DNA from: Tubulanus polymorphus | Lineage: Eukaryota; Animalia; Nemertea | DNA: 64,000 bases | NCBI RefSeq assembly: GCF_964204645.1 | Contig: NC_134033.1 | Span: 2,190,131-2,254,130, forward strand | Direction: 5' to 3' | In this document: piece by piece, positions 31,301 to 46,300 of the stretch | Position numbering within the stretch: the stretch's first letter is position 1 | Layout: every line of letters starts with the position of its first letter | Notes under the pieces: model-generated | The model's database searches: none | What the model saw: only the letters and a program-made list of their open reading frames with translations | What the model was told of the DNA's origin: nothing | Translations under genes and position numbers: made by a program

Positions 31301-34300
31301 GATCGACAGTTGTCGACGTTTGGGCGTGAAAACCGTCGCGATTCACAGCGATGTCGATTCAAACGCCGTAAGTATTTATCGGCAGACGATCGCGTTCTAC
31401 TGGCGTGGTCGGTCGTCGGTAAAACAACCCGCGATGTCGCCAAGTCGCCAGGCAGGGTGGCGCCGCTGACCTGGAAAATCAACAACTCAGGGAATCAGAA
31501 AAATGTTGGGAATTTGACAAATTTATGCAAAAAACCTGGTAATTCAGGGAATTCTGATAATGTTATCGACCACGGTGTTTCTCCTCATCGATACGTGATT
31601 CAATGAAAAATGTATGAATTTCTAACATTTTAAAACTAGAAACTTTGTGTAATCACATGGAAAAATTAGGGTAAACTCACGGGATTTGTAAATGGGTGGA
31701 AAGGTAAAAATCCTTGAATAACAGATAGACTACAGATTTACTTCTACGTAGGAATTCAAAAGTAAAATTCCCCCTATGTTAAAATTGTTGCCAGGGGTGA
31801 TTGTTAACCAGGGTGATTTTAATAATTCTTCCAAGGGGGATTTCTACTACGCGCCCTCTGACATTCACCACCATTTTAGTGGTTAGTCAAAATAAGTCAT
31901 TTTCAATCATCAACTCAAATTGGATTCTGAAACTGTATCACTGATTTATGCACTGCACTGTGGTGTAGAAGCACTGAAAGGGTTAAGAGAGAAATGTATC
32001 TAATTTTTGCATCTCGGCTTTTTTTTGCGAGTAATTTAATTTCGCGTGTAATTTCTCTTTCAGCGACACGTTCGCTCGGCCGACGAAGCCGTCTGCGTCG
32101 GACCGGCGCCGTCGAATCAAAGTTACCTGAACATGGAAGCGATCATGGACGCGATCAAGCAGACGGGCGCTCAGGCCGTACACCCCGGATACGGTTTCCT
32201 ATCGGAAAATCGAACATTCGCCGGAAAACTTGTGAGTTGACCTTTAGAATGAGAAGAGTAGACGAAAAGAAATTGTTTAGGGTCCCTACGATTCCTTGAT
32301 TCCTAAAAACTTCTCAACGGAAAATTTTTTTTTTTTAACACCCTCAACCTGCTAAGCGCCACACAGGGCATTATAAGCAGATTCAATGTTTCTCCCAATG
32401 GGGGAGAGACAAGAGAAGAACCTTCGACCAAGAAACTCTGTCGCCACCAGGTTTTGACTCAACGGAAAATACTTTTGAATATGCTTGATACTCATTTAAA
32501 ATTCTTTCATTTTTGAGAAAAAGGCAATTAGAAATATTTGTCTTGACAATAATGAATTTAGAGGAATCTACAGTAGGCCTAGTTGGGATATGAAAGTGAT
32601 GCAGACGCTTCTCGAAATTTTTAGATTTTCTCCTATAAAACTCCTTGAGAAACGGCTTTTATCCAGGAATATTATCTGTATCACCTCTTTGAAATAGGTG
32701 TTTTTCGAAGAAAATGCACTTTTCGCGTCGTTTGACGTTCGAAGAAACAACTTTTAAGTTTTCAGAAAATTGTTCAAGATGACGAACTTATAAGTTTGCA
32801 TTGAAAACTTACGAAATGTCTGCTCAAAACTGGGAAAAAATTTCGACCGAATTAAATCTAATTTAGAGATCCTTCCAGACGAGCGTCTGCTACCTTAAAA
32901 AAGAGCCACTTGTCTGACTCGGAAACTGAATTCACTTCGATTTATGCAATTATCCTTTGTAAAAGATCTAATCACTCGGTATCTAGACGATGTTGTGGAG
33001 AGTTTATGGGGGGGGGGGGGCGACCTTTTATCGGATACAGAAAAGAGGGGCAAGTTTAATAGTTTTAACTTATAAAATTATTATTATTATTTCCTGCTCT
33101 ATGAAGCCAGTATTAGGAAATAAATAATAATATTTATTTCCTAATACCAGGTGCTTGGTATCACCAGGGGCCAATTCGATAGACTGGTATTAACTTTAAC
33201 CTGGGGGGCTAACTCAATTCGTTTTCAATTGAGTTGGCCCCTGGGTTAAAACTAGTACCAAACTATAAAATTGGCCCCTGGTGTTTAACTCTTCAAGTCA
33301 ATTTAATTTTCTTCTAGTTCACTGAAATTTCAGGTTTAGTTGCTATTTTGGTTACTTGATTATTTCAATGAGGAGAACAATTCAAACCTAACTGTTTTAA
33401 GATTGAACTTTTTATGAAACTGAAGCCAGAGACTGTTCCATAACCAGTCTTAGACCATCTTAGTTCAATAGCCAGTCTAGCAGCTTAAGACCAGTCTAAG
33501 CTCATTTTAGTTCCATAACCAATCTAACAACTTAAGACCAGTCTAAGCTCTTTTTGGTTCTAAAGCCAACCTTGCAACTTAAGCCGACTCAAACTCACTT
33601 AAGATCAGTCTAAGCTCATTTTGGATCTATAGCCAATCTAACAACTTAAGACCAGTCTAAGCTCATTTTGGTTCTAAAGCCAACCTAGCAACTTAAGCCG
33701 ACTCAAACTCACTAAAGATCAGTCTAAGCTCATTTTCATTCTATAACCGGATCTAACAACTTAAAAGACCAATTCTTAGATTTAAGACCTCTTTTGGACT
33801 GAACAATGGTCTTTAATGGAGACTTAAGACCAAAAGTGGTCTTAAATCTTAGAGTTGGTTTTAAGTTGTTAGATGGCTTCAGAAATAAGATGGGTTTAGA
33901 CTGGTCTTAAGTCTATGCCCCGAGGGTCGGTTCGATAGTCATCGCTTAGACCTAAGACCAGTCTAAGACCATGTTAGTTCTATAGCCAATCTAACAACTT
34001 AAGGCCAATCTTAAGACTTAAGCTGACTTTCGGAACCAGAAGTGGTCTTAAATCTTAAGACTGGTCTTAAGTTGTTAGATCGTCTATAGAAATAAGTTGG
34101 TCTTAGACTGGTCTTCGGTCTTAAGCCATGTCTATGCAACCGGCCCCAGAATATTAAGTTGGCGACTGTATTTGATAACGCGTTTGTATTATTGTATTTG
34201 AATTGAAGGCTGATGCCGGTATAGCGTGGGTCGGACCGAACAGCGAGGCGATCCGCTCGATGGGCGACAAAATCGAAAGCAAGCGTATCGCCAACGACGC

Positions 34301-37300
34301 CAAGGTCAACTGTATCCCCGGTTTCGACGGCGTCGTCAAGGACGTCGAAGAAGCCGTCAAACTAGCCAACGAAATCGGTACGTTTAAAAATGAAAATCTC
34401 GGCAGACGTAACTGGGAAGTAAGCAGACGGATTTTCTTTGTTGGATCGGGAAAGAATGAAGTTTAAAAACTTAATTTAGGAGACTAGAAAATTTTAGCGG
34501 GTCGGGTTGGTCCAATACTTATTTTTCTTTAGTAGAGTCCGTAGTGGGTCTTACAATTGCTTATTTTGAAAATCTCAATTCAAAGTGCTTATTAGTGCTC
34601 AAAATTTGTGAGATATAGTTAGGTCGATCATCAATATCTGATTGTAGCCCATGCTTCTTCGTAAGAAAAATTTAAAAAGAAGTTCTCTACATCACCTGAG
34701 GTTGATTTTTCTGTAAAAACTGTTCACTTTAGTGCTTATTTTGACCGCAACTTAACCATGAACCCTGCATAATCAGTATGGCCACTTACCTGGAAATCAG
34801 GGAAAAGTCACGGAAATTGCCTTTCTTTTAGAAAGTTAGGGAATAGTCGAGGCAATCTGTAAATAAGCTCGAAATCAGGCCGGGAAGGCAGGGAAATTTG
34901 TTGAGACTCGCTCAGAACGCCTTAAGTAACACATACTAGGTATCAATGTGGATGAAAATTATTGTAACCGTTTCAAAAAATGACGATGTGACAATGCCAG
35001 AATCTCATGTGGCGTGTGTTGTAGGTTACCCGGTGATGTTGAAAGCGTCTGCCGGCGGCGGAGGCAAAGGAATGCGTATCGCGTGGAACGACGACGAGGC
35101 TCGCGAAGGATTTCGTTTCTCGCAAGAAGAGGCGGCGTCCAGTTTCGGCGACGATCGTCTGCTCATCGAGAAATTCATCGATAATCCGCGACATATTGAA
35201 ATACAGGTACGCGCGTGTTTAACCCTTTCAGTGCTGACAAATTAACACCCGAAATAGCTAGAGATAATATGAACATTTTCAAGGATTCAACCCCAGTGCC
35301 AGTCGGTCAAACAGATTTGATCTTTTGGTGCTCTATGGCATGAAGACTCCGGAAATGAAATCATTTGAAATGAAACTGTATTTCAGGTTTTGTGCGACAA
35401 ACACGGAAATTCAATTTATCTTAATGAAAGAGAATGCTCAATACAACGAAGAAACCAGAAAGTCATTGAAGAAGCTCCCAGGTAACTAACTATACGCTAG
35501 TGACACCTGGTGGATCCTCACTTGCCACACGGGGAATCCTCTATTGCCGCAGTAGTCGATGTCCCACTGCACACTATTGACACCTTGTGGATTCTCACTT
35601 GCCACAAGTGGAATCTTCTATTGCCGCAGTAGTCGATATCCTACTACACACTAGCGACACCTGGTGGTTGCTCACTTGGCACAAGTTGAATCCTCTATTG
35701 CTGCAGTAGTTGATGTCCTACTGCACACTAGCGACACCTGGTGGATCCTCACTTGCCACAAGTGGAATCCTCTATTGCCGCAGTAGTCGATGTCCTACTG
35801 CACACTAGTGACACCTTGTGGATCCTTACTTGCCACGGGGAATCTTCTATTGCTGCAGTAATCGTTGTCCTACTGCACACTAGTGACACCTGGTGGATCC
35901 TCACTTGCCACAAGTGGAATCCTCTATTGCGGCAGTAGTCGATGCGTCAATCAGCCCAATTTATATTGAATCTAAATTCACTGTGATTGTGATAATATTT
36001 CTATTTACAGTACGTTCTTGGACGCGGACACGCGGAGAGCGATGGGTGACCAGGCTGTGGCGCTTGCTAACGCTGTTGGCTATGATTCAGCAGGTACGGT
36101 ATCAATGATAAGAGTTTACGTGTAGTACCAGCTTTTTCTGAAGCGATCAGATATTTTTGTCTAGTTTGTAGTTGTTGACCACGCCTAAATCAGCACAGTT
36201 TTGACCTGGGTTTGTTTTTACCCAATTTGGTGGTTGAAAATTAAGAACTGAGTTTTATTGCGTAAATGATCAAAATTTGCTTACAAAACCGCTGAATTAA
36301 CTGTTTTACTGAGAGATAAACAGTACTGATATAGGAAGAGTCTACTGTAATTTAGATATGAAAGTGAAGCAGACGCTTCCTCGAAAATTGAAATTTCCCC
36401 CAAATATTCTCCTTATATGGGAATGACTGATCTGATTACAAAACCACTGAATTATCAGTTTACTGAGATAATCAGTACTGATTTAGGAAGAGTCTACTGT
36501 AATTGAGATATGAAAGTGAAGCAGACGCTTCCTCGAAAATTGAAATTTCCCCCAAATGTTCTCCTTATATGGGAATGACTGATCTGATTACAAAACCACT
36601 GAATTATCAGTTTACTGAGATAAACAGTACTGATTTAGGAGGAGTCTACAGTAATTGAGATATGAAAGTGAAGCAGACGCTTCCTCGAAATATGAAATTT
36701 TCTCCTTTTAAAACTCCGTATATCCAAGAATGACCGAGCTGTACGGACCCTGAGGATATATTATTTCAAATGAAATGGTAAAAAAATCTTGAACGCAATG
36801 ACGGATTGATTTTTGTTGTTGTTTGTTATTCGTAATCAGGTACGGTCGAGTTTTTGGTCGACTCGAAGAGGAATTTCTATTTCCTCGAGATGAACACGCG
36901 TCTGCAAGTGGAACACCCGATCACTGAGGCCATCACCGGCGTAGATATCGTGCATCAGATGTTACGAGTCGCTAAAGGTAGGAATTTCCTATTTCAAGAA
37001 TGATAATTCGGCGAAGTCCGTCTGCGACAGAGGTTCGATTCAAGAAGTTGTTCACAAATTTGAATAATTCACGAAAATTTCTAGAAAAATTTCTGGCAAC
37101 ATATTTTGATCCCTCCAGAATTGATGCACAATTGTGTAAAAGTTTAGGAAATTTTATTTGAATCTGATCATTACATGTATATGTGATTTATTTCAATAAC
37201 ATGGTTATCCCCATTAGAAGCATCTGTTATCATCTAAGGGAGTAAACTAAGATTGTTTGAAAGTCGTCACTCTTCCGTCACAGTTTGTATCGATGTGACA

Positions 37301-40300
37301 TTCTTTATACTGAATCCATCGTAGAAGATTAAAATCAGTTGTGTTTAAAAACGAGAAAGTTTTAGATTATCTCCAAAATTATTGTGAAGCCATTTTTTTA
37401 AGAGAGAAACTAAGATTGTTTGAAAGTCTTCACTCTTCGGTCACAGTTTGTATCGATGCGAATATTCTTTACACTGAGTTCATCGTAGATGATTAAAATC
37501 AGTTTAGATGAGAAATTTACGCAGTATCATCGGTTCAATTATGTTCAAAATCAATCATTGCATATGAAAAAGCCATCTTTTAGTTTTCACGCATGTATTG
37601 AATAGGGGTGGCTCCGAAAATATCCAATTCGTCGAAGGCCGGGTGTCCCCAACATTATTTCTGGTTCTATGGTGCCAGTATTGTTTATTTTTTAGGACAC
37701 AAACTGCTGTTAAAACAAGATGATATCGGAATTCACGGCTGGTCTATCGAATGTCGAGTTTACGCCGAAGATCCGTATAAAAGTTTCGGATTGCCGTCTG
37801 TCGGCCGTCTGTCATCCTACAAAGAACCGACGCACATCAAGAATGTAAGTTAGAAATATTTTTCTCCGATTTAAGGAATGGCAGCTGATTTTATTTTATT
37901 CTTTGGCGGCTATTTTTGTAGGTGAGATGCGACAGTGGTATTCAAGAAGGAAGTGAAATCAGTATTTACTATGATCCAATGATTTGCAAGGTAGAAATTA
38001 AAGAGATATATTTTTACGCTCATATTAGGAAAAAATGCACAATATTACAATATTACGAAGAGAAACTATGAGAGCAGTTTGACATTTCAACTGAAAATTC
38101 TGGGAGCTATTTTCATAGATTTTCTTTGTAACCGTTTTCAGATTTTTCTTCAATTCAAATACTAGGAGCTCAAAACTGGCACCAGTACTGTACCCAGTTA
38201 CTGTGGAACTATTGCGTCCAGTTACTGTAGAACCGGGTCCAGTGATTGTAGAATCGGGTGCATTAACTGTGGAACTGGTTCCAGTAACTGTGGAACCGGG
38301 TCCAGTGATTGTAGAATCGGGTGCATTAACTGTGGAACTGGTTCCAGTAACTGTGGAACCGGGTCCAGTGATTGTAGAATCGGGTGCATTAACTGTGGAA
38401 CTGGTTCCAGTAACTGTGGAACCGGGTCCAGTGGTTGTAGAATCGGGTGCATTCACCGTGGAACTGGTTTCAGTAACTGTGGAACCGGGTCCAGGGATTG
38501 TAGAATCGGGTGCATTAACGGTGGATCTGGTTCCAGTAACTGTGGAACTGGATTCAGAACTGTGGAACTGGATCCAGTAACTATGGAATTTGATCCAATA
38601 ACTGTGGAATGGGTCCACTGTGGAACTGAGTCCAGACCCGTGGAACTGGGTTTCATGCGTTGAATTTGAACGTTTTAGATTTCTAATAAAATCTATTTGT
38701 TTTTTATTTTTCAGTTGGTAACCGTTGGTGACACGCGAGACGAAGCTTTAGGAACAATGTGTAAAGCTTTAGACTCTTACGTCATACGAGGTATGAATCG
38801 ACTTTTATCACTCGTAACGTTTTCGGATTCAGAAAATTTTCCGTTATGAAGTTCTTATTTTATTGGGGATAATCGAAGAAAAAGTGATAAAAAATTTCCT
38901 ACTCAAAAGTTTTAATTTAAAATATATTTTTTTCTTCTCTCGTTTCAGGTGTAACTCACAATATTCCGCTGCTACGAGATATAATCACCGAAAAGAAGTT
39001 CGTGTCCGGCAATATTTCGACGAACTACCTACAAGAAGTTTATCCCGACGGTTTTACCGGTAAGAGTACAGGTTCCTTACGACTCCTTGATTCTTCGAAA
39101 ACTGCAAGGTCCTTGAATATCCTTGAATTTGTGCAAAATGCCCAAAAGTCCTTGAAAACTCCTTGAATTTTAAGAATTAAGCAATTTGAAAACTTTTAGG
39201 TTTCAGTCCTAGTTAGTAGTCATAGGCCTTACATACAGATTCCACTGAATTAAATGGTTTCAGGTAGTTACTGAATTATAAACCAAATGAAGTAAGTGTA
39301 GGATTATATTTGCTTACAAAATCACTGAATTTACAGTAAACCAAGATTTAGGAGGAGTTTACAGTAATTGGGAAAGGGAATGAAAGTGGTACCCCTCGAA
39401 ATATGAAATTTTCACTTTGAAGAATCCTTGAATTCTGGAATGATCTGTAGGGACCCTGGAGTGACCGCCTCCCAGCTCTGCGACATCCAAATTAGGAGAG
39501 TTGTAAAATGGATATTCTGATTTCTACATTTTTCGTAGGAACGAGATTGGAAGATTGGGAACGAAAGGAACTGGCTGCGATGGCCTGCGTAATCTACACG
39601 CAATGGGACCGACGTTCAAATCTGTTCTTAACCGATGACAGGTTCGTATTCTGGGCAGACGTCAAGTGAAAATTCTATCAATCAGCGAAACCCACGGTTG
39701 ATGATTTGAAAATTTGAACTTAATTTGAAATCAATATGAGTTTATCAGTTGTGGAAAATTATCATTTGCAAAAATAAGTTTACGGGTAGATAGTTGACAT
39801 AGTGACAGTTAAAAGTTAAAAAGTTCATTGTTACTATGGTATTTATCCACCGGTTAACTTAAACCAGCTTTTGAGCTACTGTTTCTCAAAAGTTGGTTAG
39901 AGCTTACCACTGGATAGTTGACATAGTGACGGTTAAAAGCTAAAAAGTTCATTGTTACTATGGTGTTTACTTTAACCAACACTTCTGAGTGACTGGATCC
40001 TGGGGCCGGTTGCTCAATAGTTGGTTAGAGTTTACCAGTGGAAAGTTGAGAGGTGCAGTAGCCGACTGGGTTAAGCCGCCGGTCACTGGTCCCCTCAATC
40101 CAGGGTTTAAGGGTTCAAACCCTGGTGGCAACAGAGTTTCTTAGTCGAAGGTTCTTCTCTGGTCTCTTCCCCATTGAAACATCGAACCCACTTATAATGC
40201 CCTGCGTGGCGCTTAGCGGGTTGAGGGTTAAGAAAAAAAAAATGTTGAAATGTTGGGATAATTGTAAGTTCATTGTTTCTGCGGTATTCATTTATCCACC

Positions 40301-43300
40301 GGTTATTTTTAACCAACTTTTGAGCGATTGGTCGCTGGTTGTTTGAATAAAACGCTTTATCATCTCGTATTTATTCGCAGGCATCACGAACTGGGAGACA
40401 GACGCAACAAGTGGGAACTGTCGCTGAAACTGGATCATAATATCCACACGGCGGAGGTCGAGATGGACAAACACGGAAAATTCGAAGTAAGTCATTCTCG
40501 AACGACGCGTGCTACCTTAGATATAAACAGAGGGTTGAACATCGAGTTACTTAGATCCAGTATAGTGTCTATGAAACATGAGTTGAACTAATGCCATCGT
40601 AGCTTTTTACTAATTTCGAAAAAAGGGTCGGAATTTGAGCGGGGTTAGCTCCAAGGGAATGGTCTATGAGTGCCCCTACCCCCTTACATGTTAAGTTGCT
40701 CTGAAATCTGACGGGAAAATGAAATGTATTAAACTGATACTTAAAAAGGGTTGAACATCGAGTTACTTAGATCCAGAATAGTGTCTATGAAACATGAGTT
40801 GAACTAATGCCATCGTAGCTTTTTACTAATTTGGTAAAAAGGTTGGAATTTGAGCGAGGTTGGCTCCAAGGGGACGGTCTAAGGAGTGCCCCCTACCCCC
40901 CTACACGTTAAGTTGCCCTGAGGGAAAATGAAATGTATTAAACTGATACTTAAAAAGTCTAAATTCATGAACTGTTCTCTGTATTTCCAAATACAAGTTA
41001 ATGTTTTATGATGAGTTTTTTTTTCGGGTGCCCATTGAATTTCATGATATGCCCTATTTTGGGCTGACAACTGACCCCGGGGCGTCAAACCCGCAATGAA
41101 ACCAATCGAAAGATCTTAGATTGCAAAGATTATCGTTGAGTCTTATTAATAAGGATTTCTCGCCGGGAATTAAGATGTTTCAATTATTGTAGCGTTTCGT
41201 CAATGGTCACGAATACGTGTATTCGAATATAGAGAATATATCTGCGTCTCTCAAATCCTCAGCTTCTCTACGTATGAAAAATAATAATAATAATAATAAT
41301 TATTATTATTATTATGCAAAATGCTTCTGTATTTGCATGCTGTTTTTCTGAGTAGAGTAGAAATCTTTTTCTTGTTTATTTCTGTTTGTTTGATTTACGG
41401 AAATTTCACCTTGAAAAGATGCAATATTTGGTCGTTTGCCTCGACACAATTTTGCGATAGAATTTTAAAAAATCCGGTTCTACAGTTGTGTGTTAACTCA
41501 AAATTTCAGATTATTTCGTTTTTCTGAAAAGTCAAACTTATCGCGCATTGAACCGGATCCAATTCGAAAATCATTTTATCCATTTTTCTCATACTTTTGA
41601 TCATGTATCGAGACAGACACTGCCAGACACTGATGGCCCCCTTTGACATTAGACCCTGCTCGGTTTCGACCAAGCTTCCACTAAGCTTCCACTGATACCG
41701 AACAGCAGACGTGATAGTGGCAGCTTGGTGGAAAACAGGGGTCGATGTTAAAAAATGCGTGAAAATTCCTGAAAATGTCTGTCAAAGTATTTATATCCAT
41801 TTTCCATGCCATATCTTATGGAGCTTAGATTTTATGCGCAAGTTATGTTAAGAAATTTTATTCAGATCTGTCCAGATAATGAATGATCAGTAACCACTTA
41901 TCTTGTTTACCTTACGGTGAAAAAATGTGAAAAATGTGGACAAATATGTGTAAAAAACTGTTGAAAAAACCCTTGGGCCAGTTCCATAGTCGAGACTTAA
42001 GACCGGTCTTAAGTTGTTTATTGGTTATAGAACCGAAATGAGCTTAAACTGGTCTTAAGTTGTTAAGATGAGCTGAGCCTCAGCTTAAGAAGAGCTAAAA
42101 TGAGCTCAGCCCTGACATTTTTTATGAAATTAAATCTCAATCTGACCCCCTGAATTTATTTCCGGATCAATTAATTACTAATAACTCGTTAGTGTTAATT
42201 GCTTCACTTTGCGTCTGCCGTTCCTCGCATGGCTTCACACTATGTAATTGCTCTATAATCGTTCTATATCGTTTCAGAAGGTAAAATATAGGTGGCAGTA
42301 GTAGCTGACACGGGGAGGCGACCGCGACCTCTCCGCGCCGCGGCATGATTTAGACAATTTAAAATAAAAAGCCTAACGCGGGGTTGTTCACAGACACTTT
42401 AAAACTTGAGCAGGTTTGGACGAATATTCACATATAAATGTTGTGTTAAAAAATAAAATTTTCGGGTATGTTAGACTCAAAACGTTTTCAGAGAAAAAAT
42501 CAGAATATTTATTTCGATATTTTGGGAATGGGTAAAATCCTAACACGCAAACTCGAAAAACATTTGAATTTATTCTTTACTTCGATAAGGAGGAATGCTC
42601 CAAATAATAGAAGTTTGTCTGCTACTGTTTGGCAGCAGACGACAGACTTACATCTAACTCAAATCTTCGAACTATTGCGGTAGTATATCAGTTAATTTCT
42701 GTATCAAATTATAACCTAATTGATTCAAGTTCGAAGCAGTCTACCGTAGGTTTTTAGATCATGCTTAACCCTATCAGTGCATCTATGCCGCAGTGCGGTG
42801 TATAAATAGGTGATGGACTTTGCTAGTACATAGCATCGCAGGTTATTGATGTAATTAGTTTTTATTCCAATTGAAAGATGGTAGCACATGTCGAACATAG
42901 TGAAATATCGGTTACTTACGACGATACATCGCGCCGCGGTGTAGACGCACTGTAGCCCATTATACAACACACTGGATTTGAAAAATTCTGAAATTATCTC
43001 CAGCACGTTGGGACATTAATTAGTCAGCACCGAATGCTTACTTGTTTCATCGCGAGATCGATACGAAACAAGAAATTAAGTGCAAAGAATATTCTTATTG
43101 TATCGATATTCTTTTTGAAAAAAAAAACTTAGGTGGGAAAAAAGGAATAGTTCGATTGCAGTGTTTTTGTGTGAGAATGTCGCGTTTTTGGTGTCGGGTC
43201 GAAAGTTTCGAGGTTTTCGCCGTTACTGAAATATTTCCAATTTCCCTATATTTTTACGCAGGTCAAAATCGACGGCAAAAAGACGAAAATTCGCGGCGAT

Positions 43301-46300
43301 TTCAAACTGATCGACAACGTGCTTGAGCCGAACATCAACGGAAAAGATCTTACGATGCAAGTAAGTGACGACAAGAGATTGAAGCCTGGCTGTAGTGAAC
43401 TGATATTAATCTCAGTGTAGAGAGTTAACAGATAAAAACCCACAGTAGATACGTGGAGCGGTTGTGGCCGAGCGGTTAGAGCGTTCGGCTCTGGGAAGCC
43501 AGGTCGTGGGTTCGAACCCCGTACATTGCCGTAGTGTCCTCGGGCAAGACACTTATCCTCATTGCCTCTCTCCACCCAGGAGTAAATGGGTACCTGGTCT
43601 GATAGATGACTCCTGAGCGCTTGTTAGCAGCTCGGTGTTACTTCTCCCCAGGGAGAGATGACTGATACATGTTAGAGTATAAAATTGGCCGGGGTAATAA
43701 TACCGAAAAATGTAAAGCGCTCTGAGCAGCCTGGCTGGATTCAGCGCTATATAAGACACATATTATTATATACATAGAGAAGTTTATTTTCCAACAGTTT
43801 TGGGGGTGACTTCTAGACTCCATCATCAGAGAAACTGTTTTAAACTTTTAAAGACTATTCATATACCAGATGGATTGAAGAACTAGTTAAGAATTTTATG
43901 TTTTTATTTTCAGCTGATCTCGCGAAAAAGAGACGGAGACATCACGATACAGTATCTCGGTACTAAGGTCAGTTTGTGTGAAACGTTGGTGGATAAATAT
44001 CTAAGTAACAATGAATTTTAATGGTCACTATGTCAATTATCTACTGGTCAACTCTAACCAATATTTAAGCAACTGCAGCCCCTGGTTGATACACCATCAG
44101 TTTAACCCTTTCAGTGCGTCTACACCGCAAATCGGTGATGGATTTTGCTAGTACATCGCACTGCGGTGTATTGATGTAATTAGTAATTAGTAATTATCTC
44201 TTGGCAGCACCTGTCAAACATAGTGAAATATTAGTACCTAATGATACACCGCGCCGCGGTGTAGACACACTATAGTGCTATTCCCGTTATTCAACACATT
44301 AGGGTGGAATTTTCCCAAATTTTCACATTTTCTCAAGCATTATAGGGTATTAATGAGTCAGCACGGAAAGGGTTAATGCTCCCTTCATATTGGCTCAGGA
44401 ATCAGAATTAACTTTGTTTTTTTTTCTGGTTTCAGTTCACCGTAAACGTTCTCGACAAGAAAATTGTTTCGATGTTGCAATACATGCCGGAGACGGTGGA
44501 CACCGTACAGGATAGTATGATCATCGCTCCGATGCCGGGACTCGTGAAGTCTATCGCGGTCGAAGTCGGTCAACAGGTCAGTGAATCGGTGGTCGGTCAG
44601 TCAATCGGTGGTCGATCAGTCAATCGGTGGTCAATCAGTCAATCGGTGTTCAAACAGTCAACCGGTGGTCGATCAGTCAATCGGTGGTCGATCAATATAT
44701 ACCAATTCAGGGCCTGTTGATGGTGGTACAGGGTGGCCGCCACTGACCTGGAAAATTCAGGGGATTTGATAAGTTTTGCAAAAAATCGGGAAAATCTGGA
44801 CGAATCTAGATGAAAAAGTCAGGGAAAACTCGGGGAATTTAACAAAAATTTGCTTAAGAAACCTGGAGATTTTGATAATGCTATTGACCGCGTGTTTCTT
44901 TATCAATACGTGATTCAATGAGAAATGAATAAATTGTGACATCTAATAACGCAAAGAAATTTCTCTGATTCACTCTCGCGCAAATCCCCTAGAAATCTGG
45001 AAATTCATGGTGGAATTTCAGAGTTCAGTGTCACGAAATATTGAGATAATCGAGAAAAATGTCATAGAATTTGGTAGATTATTAAGTGCAGAACCCATAA
45101 CAATTAGATTCAGAATTCATGAAGTGGATAAAATGCTTTGAAATCTATTTGAATTACGGACTATGAATATAAATTACAAATCTGTTGAAAAATGTTGTTT
45201 ATTTTGTTTTAAAGGTTATTGAAGGAATGGAAATGTGTGTTCTGGAAGCGATGAAAATGCAAAACAGTCTCGTCGCCGCTAAAGCCGGAAAGGTCAGTCA
45301 CAGCTCTCCACCTATCAACCCTCATCCCTACCTGACCCTAGCTTCCACCAGGATTTAACTGGCATTTCTTAACCCTGTAACCTTATCCCTAGCCTTACTG
45401 GGGTTTGAACCTGGGAATCCAGGTTGCAAGCCGTGTGTTCTACCACTAGACCACAGATCTCTGGTGATAGAATGAGTTTGTAAGTTTGTCTGATCAGTAT
45501 GGGTGACCAGTCAGCTATGAGGTGACCAGTCAGGTGTGGGGTGACCAGTCAGCTATGAGGTGACCAGTCAGCTATGAGGTGACCAGTCAGGTGTGGGGAT
45601 TACCAGTCAGCTATGAGGTGACCAGTCAGCTATGAGGTGACCAGTCAGGTGTGAGGTGACCAGTCAGGTGTGAGGTGACCAGTTAGGTGTGTGGTGACCA
45701 GTCAGCTATGAGGTGACCAGTCAGCTATGAGGTGACCAGTCAGGTGTGAGGTGACCAGTCAGGTGTGAGGTGACCAGTCAGGTGTGAGGTGACCAGTCAG
45801 GTGTGAGGTGACCAGTCAGGTGTGAGGTGACCAGTCAGCTATGAGGTGACCAGTCAGGTGTGAGGTGACCAGTCAGCTGTGTGGTGATTCTATTCACTCA
45901 CAATACCAGCTATCATTCTCTGATTGCCTTGTCAAACTGATTGCTAGGAATTTTCAATCCCTAGTAGTGCAGAACTGCCAATTGTTCCTGATTTTCAGTA
46001 TTCGTTACTATTAAGTATTTTATAATGAGAAATACTGATTTAATTTGTTTGATGCATACAGAAATGTGAAAGATGTAACTGAGGGTCTTACCCCTTGATT
46101 ACTGATGAATTTTTAGGCCTACAGAAATATGAAAGATGTTACTGAAGGTCTTACTGTTGATTACAGACTAATTTGAACAGAAATATGAAAGATGTTACTG
46201 AGGGCCTTACTGTTGATTACTGATTAATTTGGACAGAAATATGAAAGATGTTACTGACGGTCTTACTGTTGATTACTGATTAATTTCGATCTATTTTTGT

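Noticed and set aside
38025-38656. Ser/Thr-rich mucin-like repetitive ORFs
   Set aside because: Products of a 63-bp intronic tandem repeat that is open in several frames
43455-43530. Possible tRNA gene
   Set aside because: No acceptor-stem pairing; continues into a CORE-SINE body
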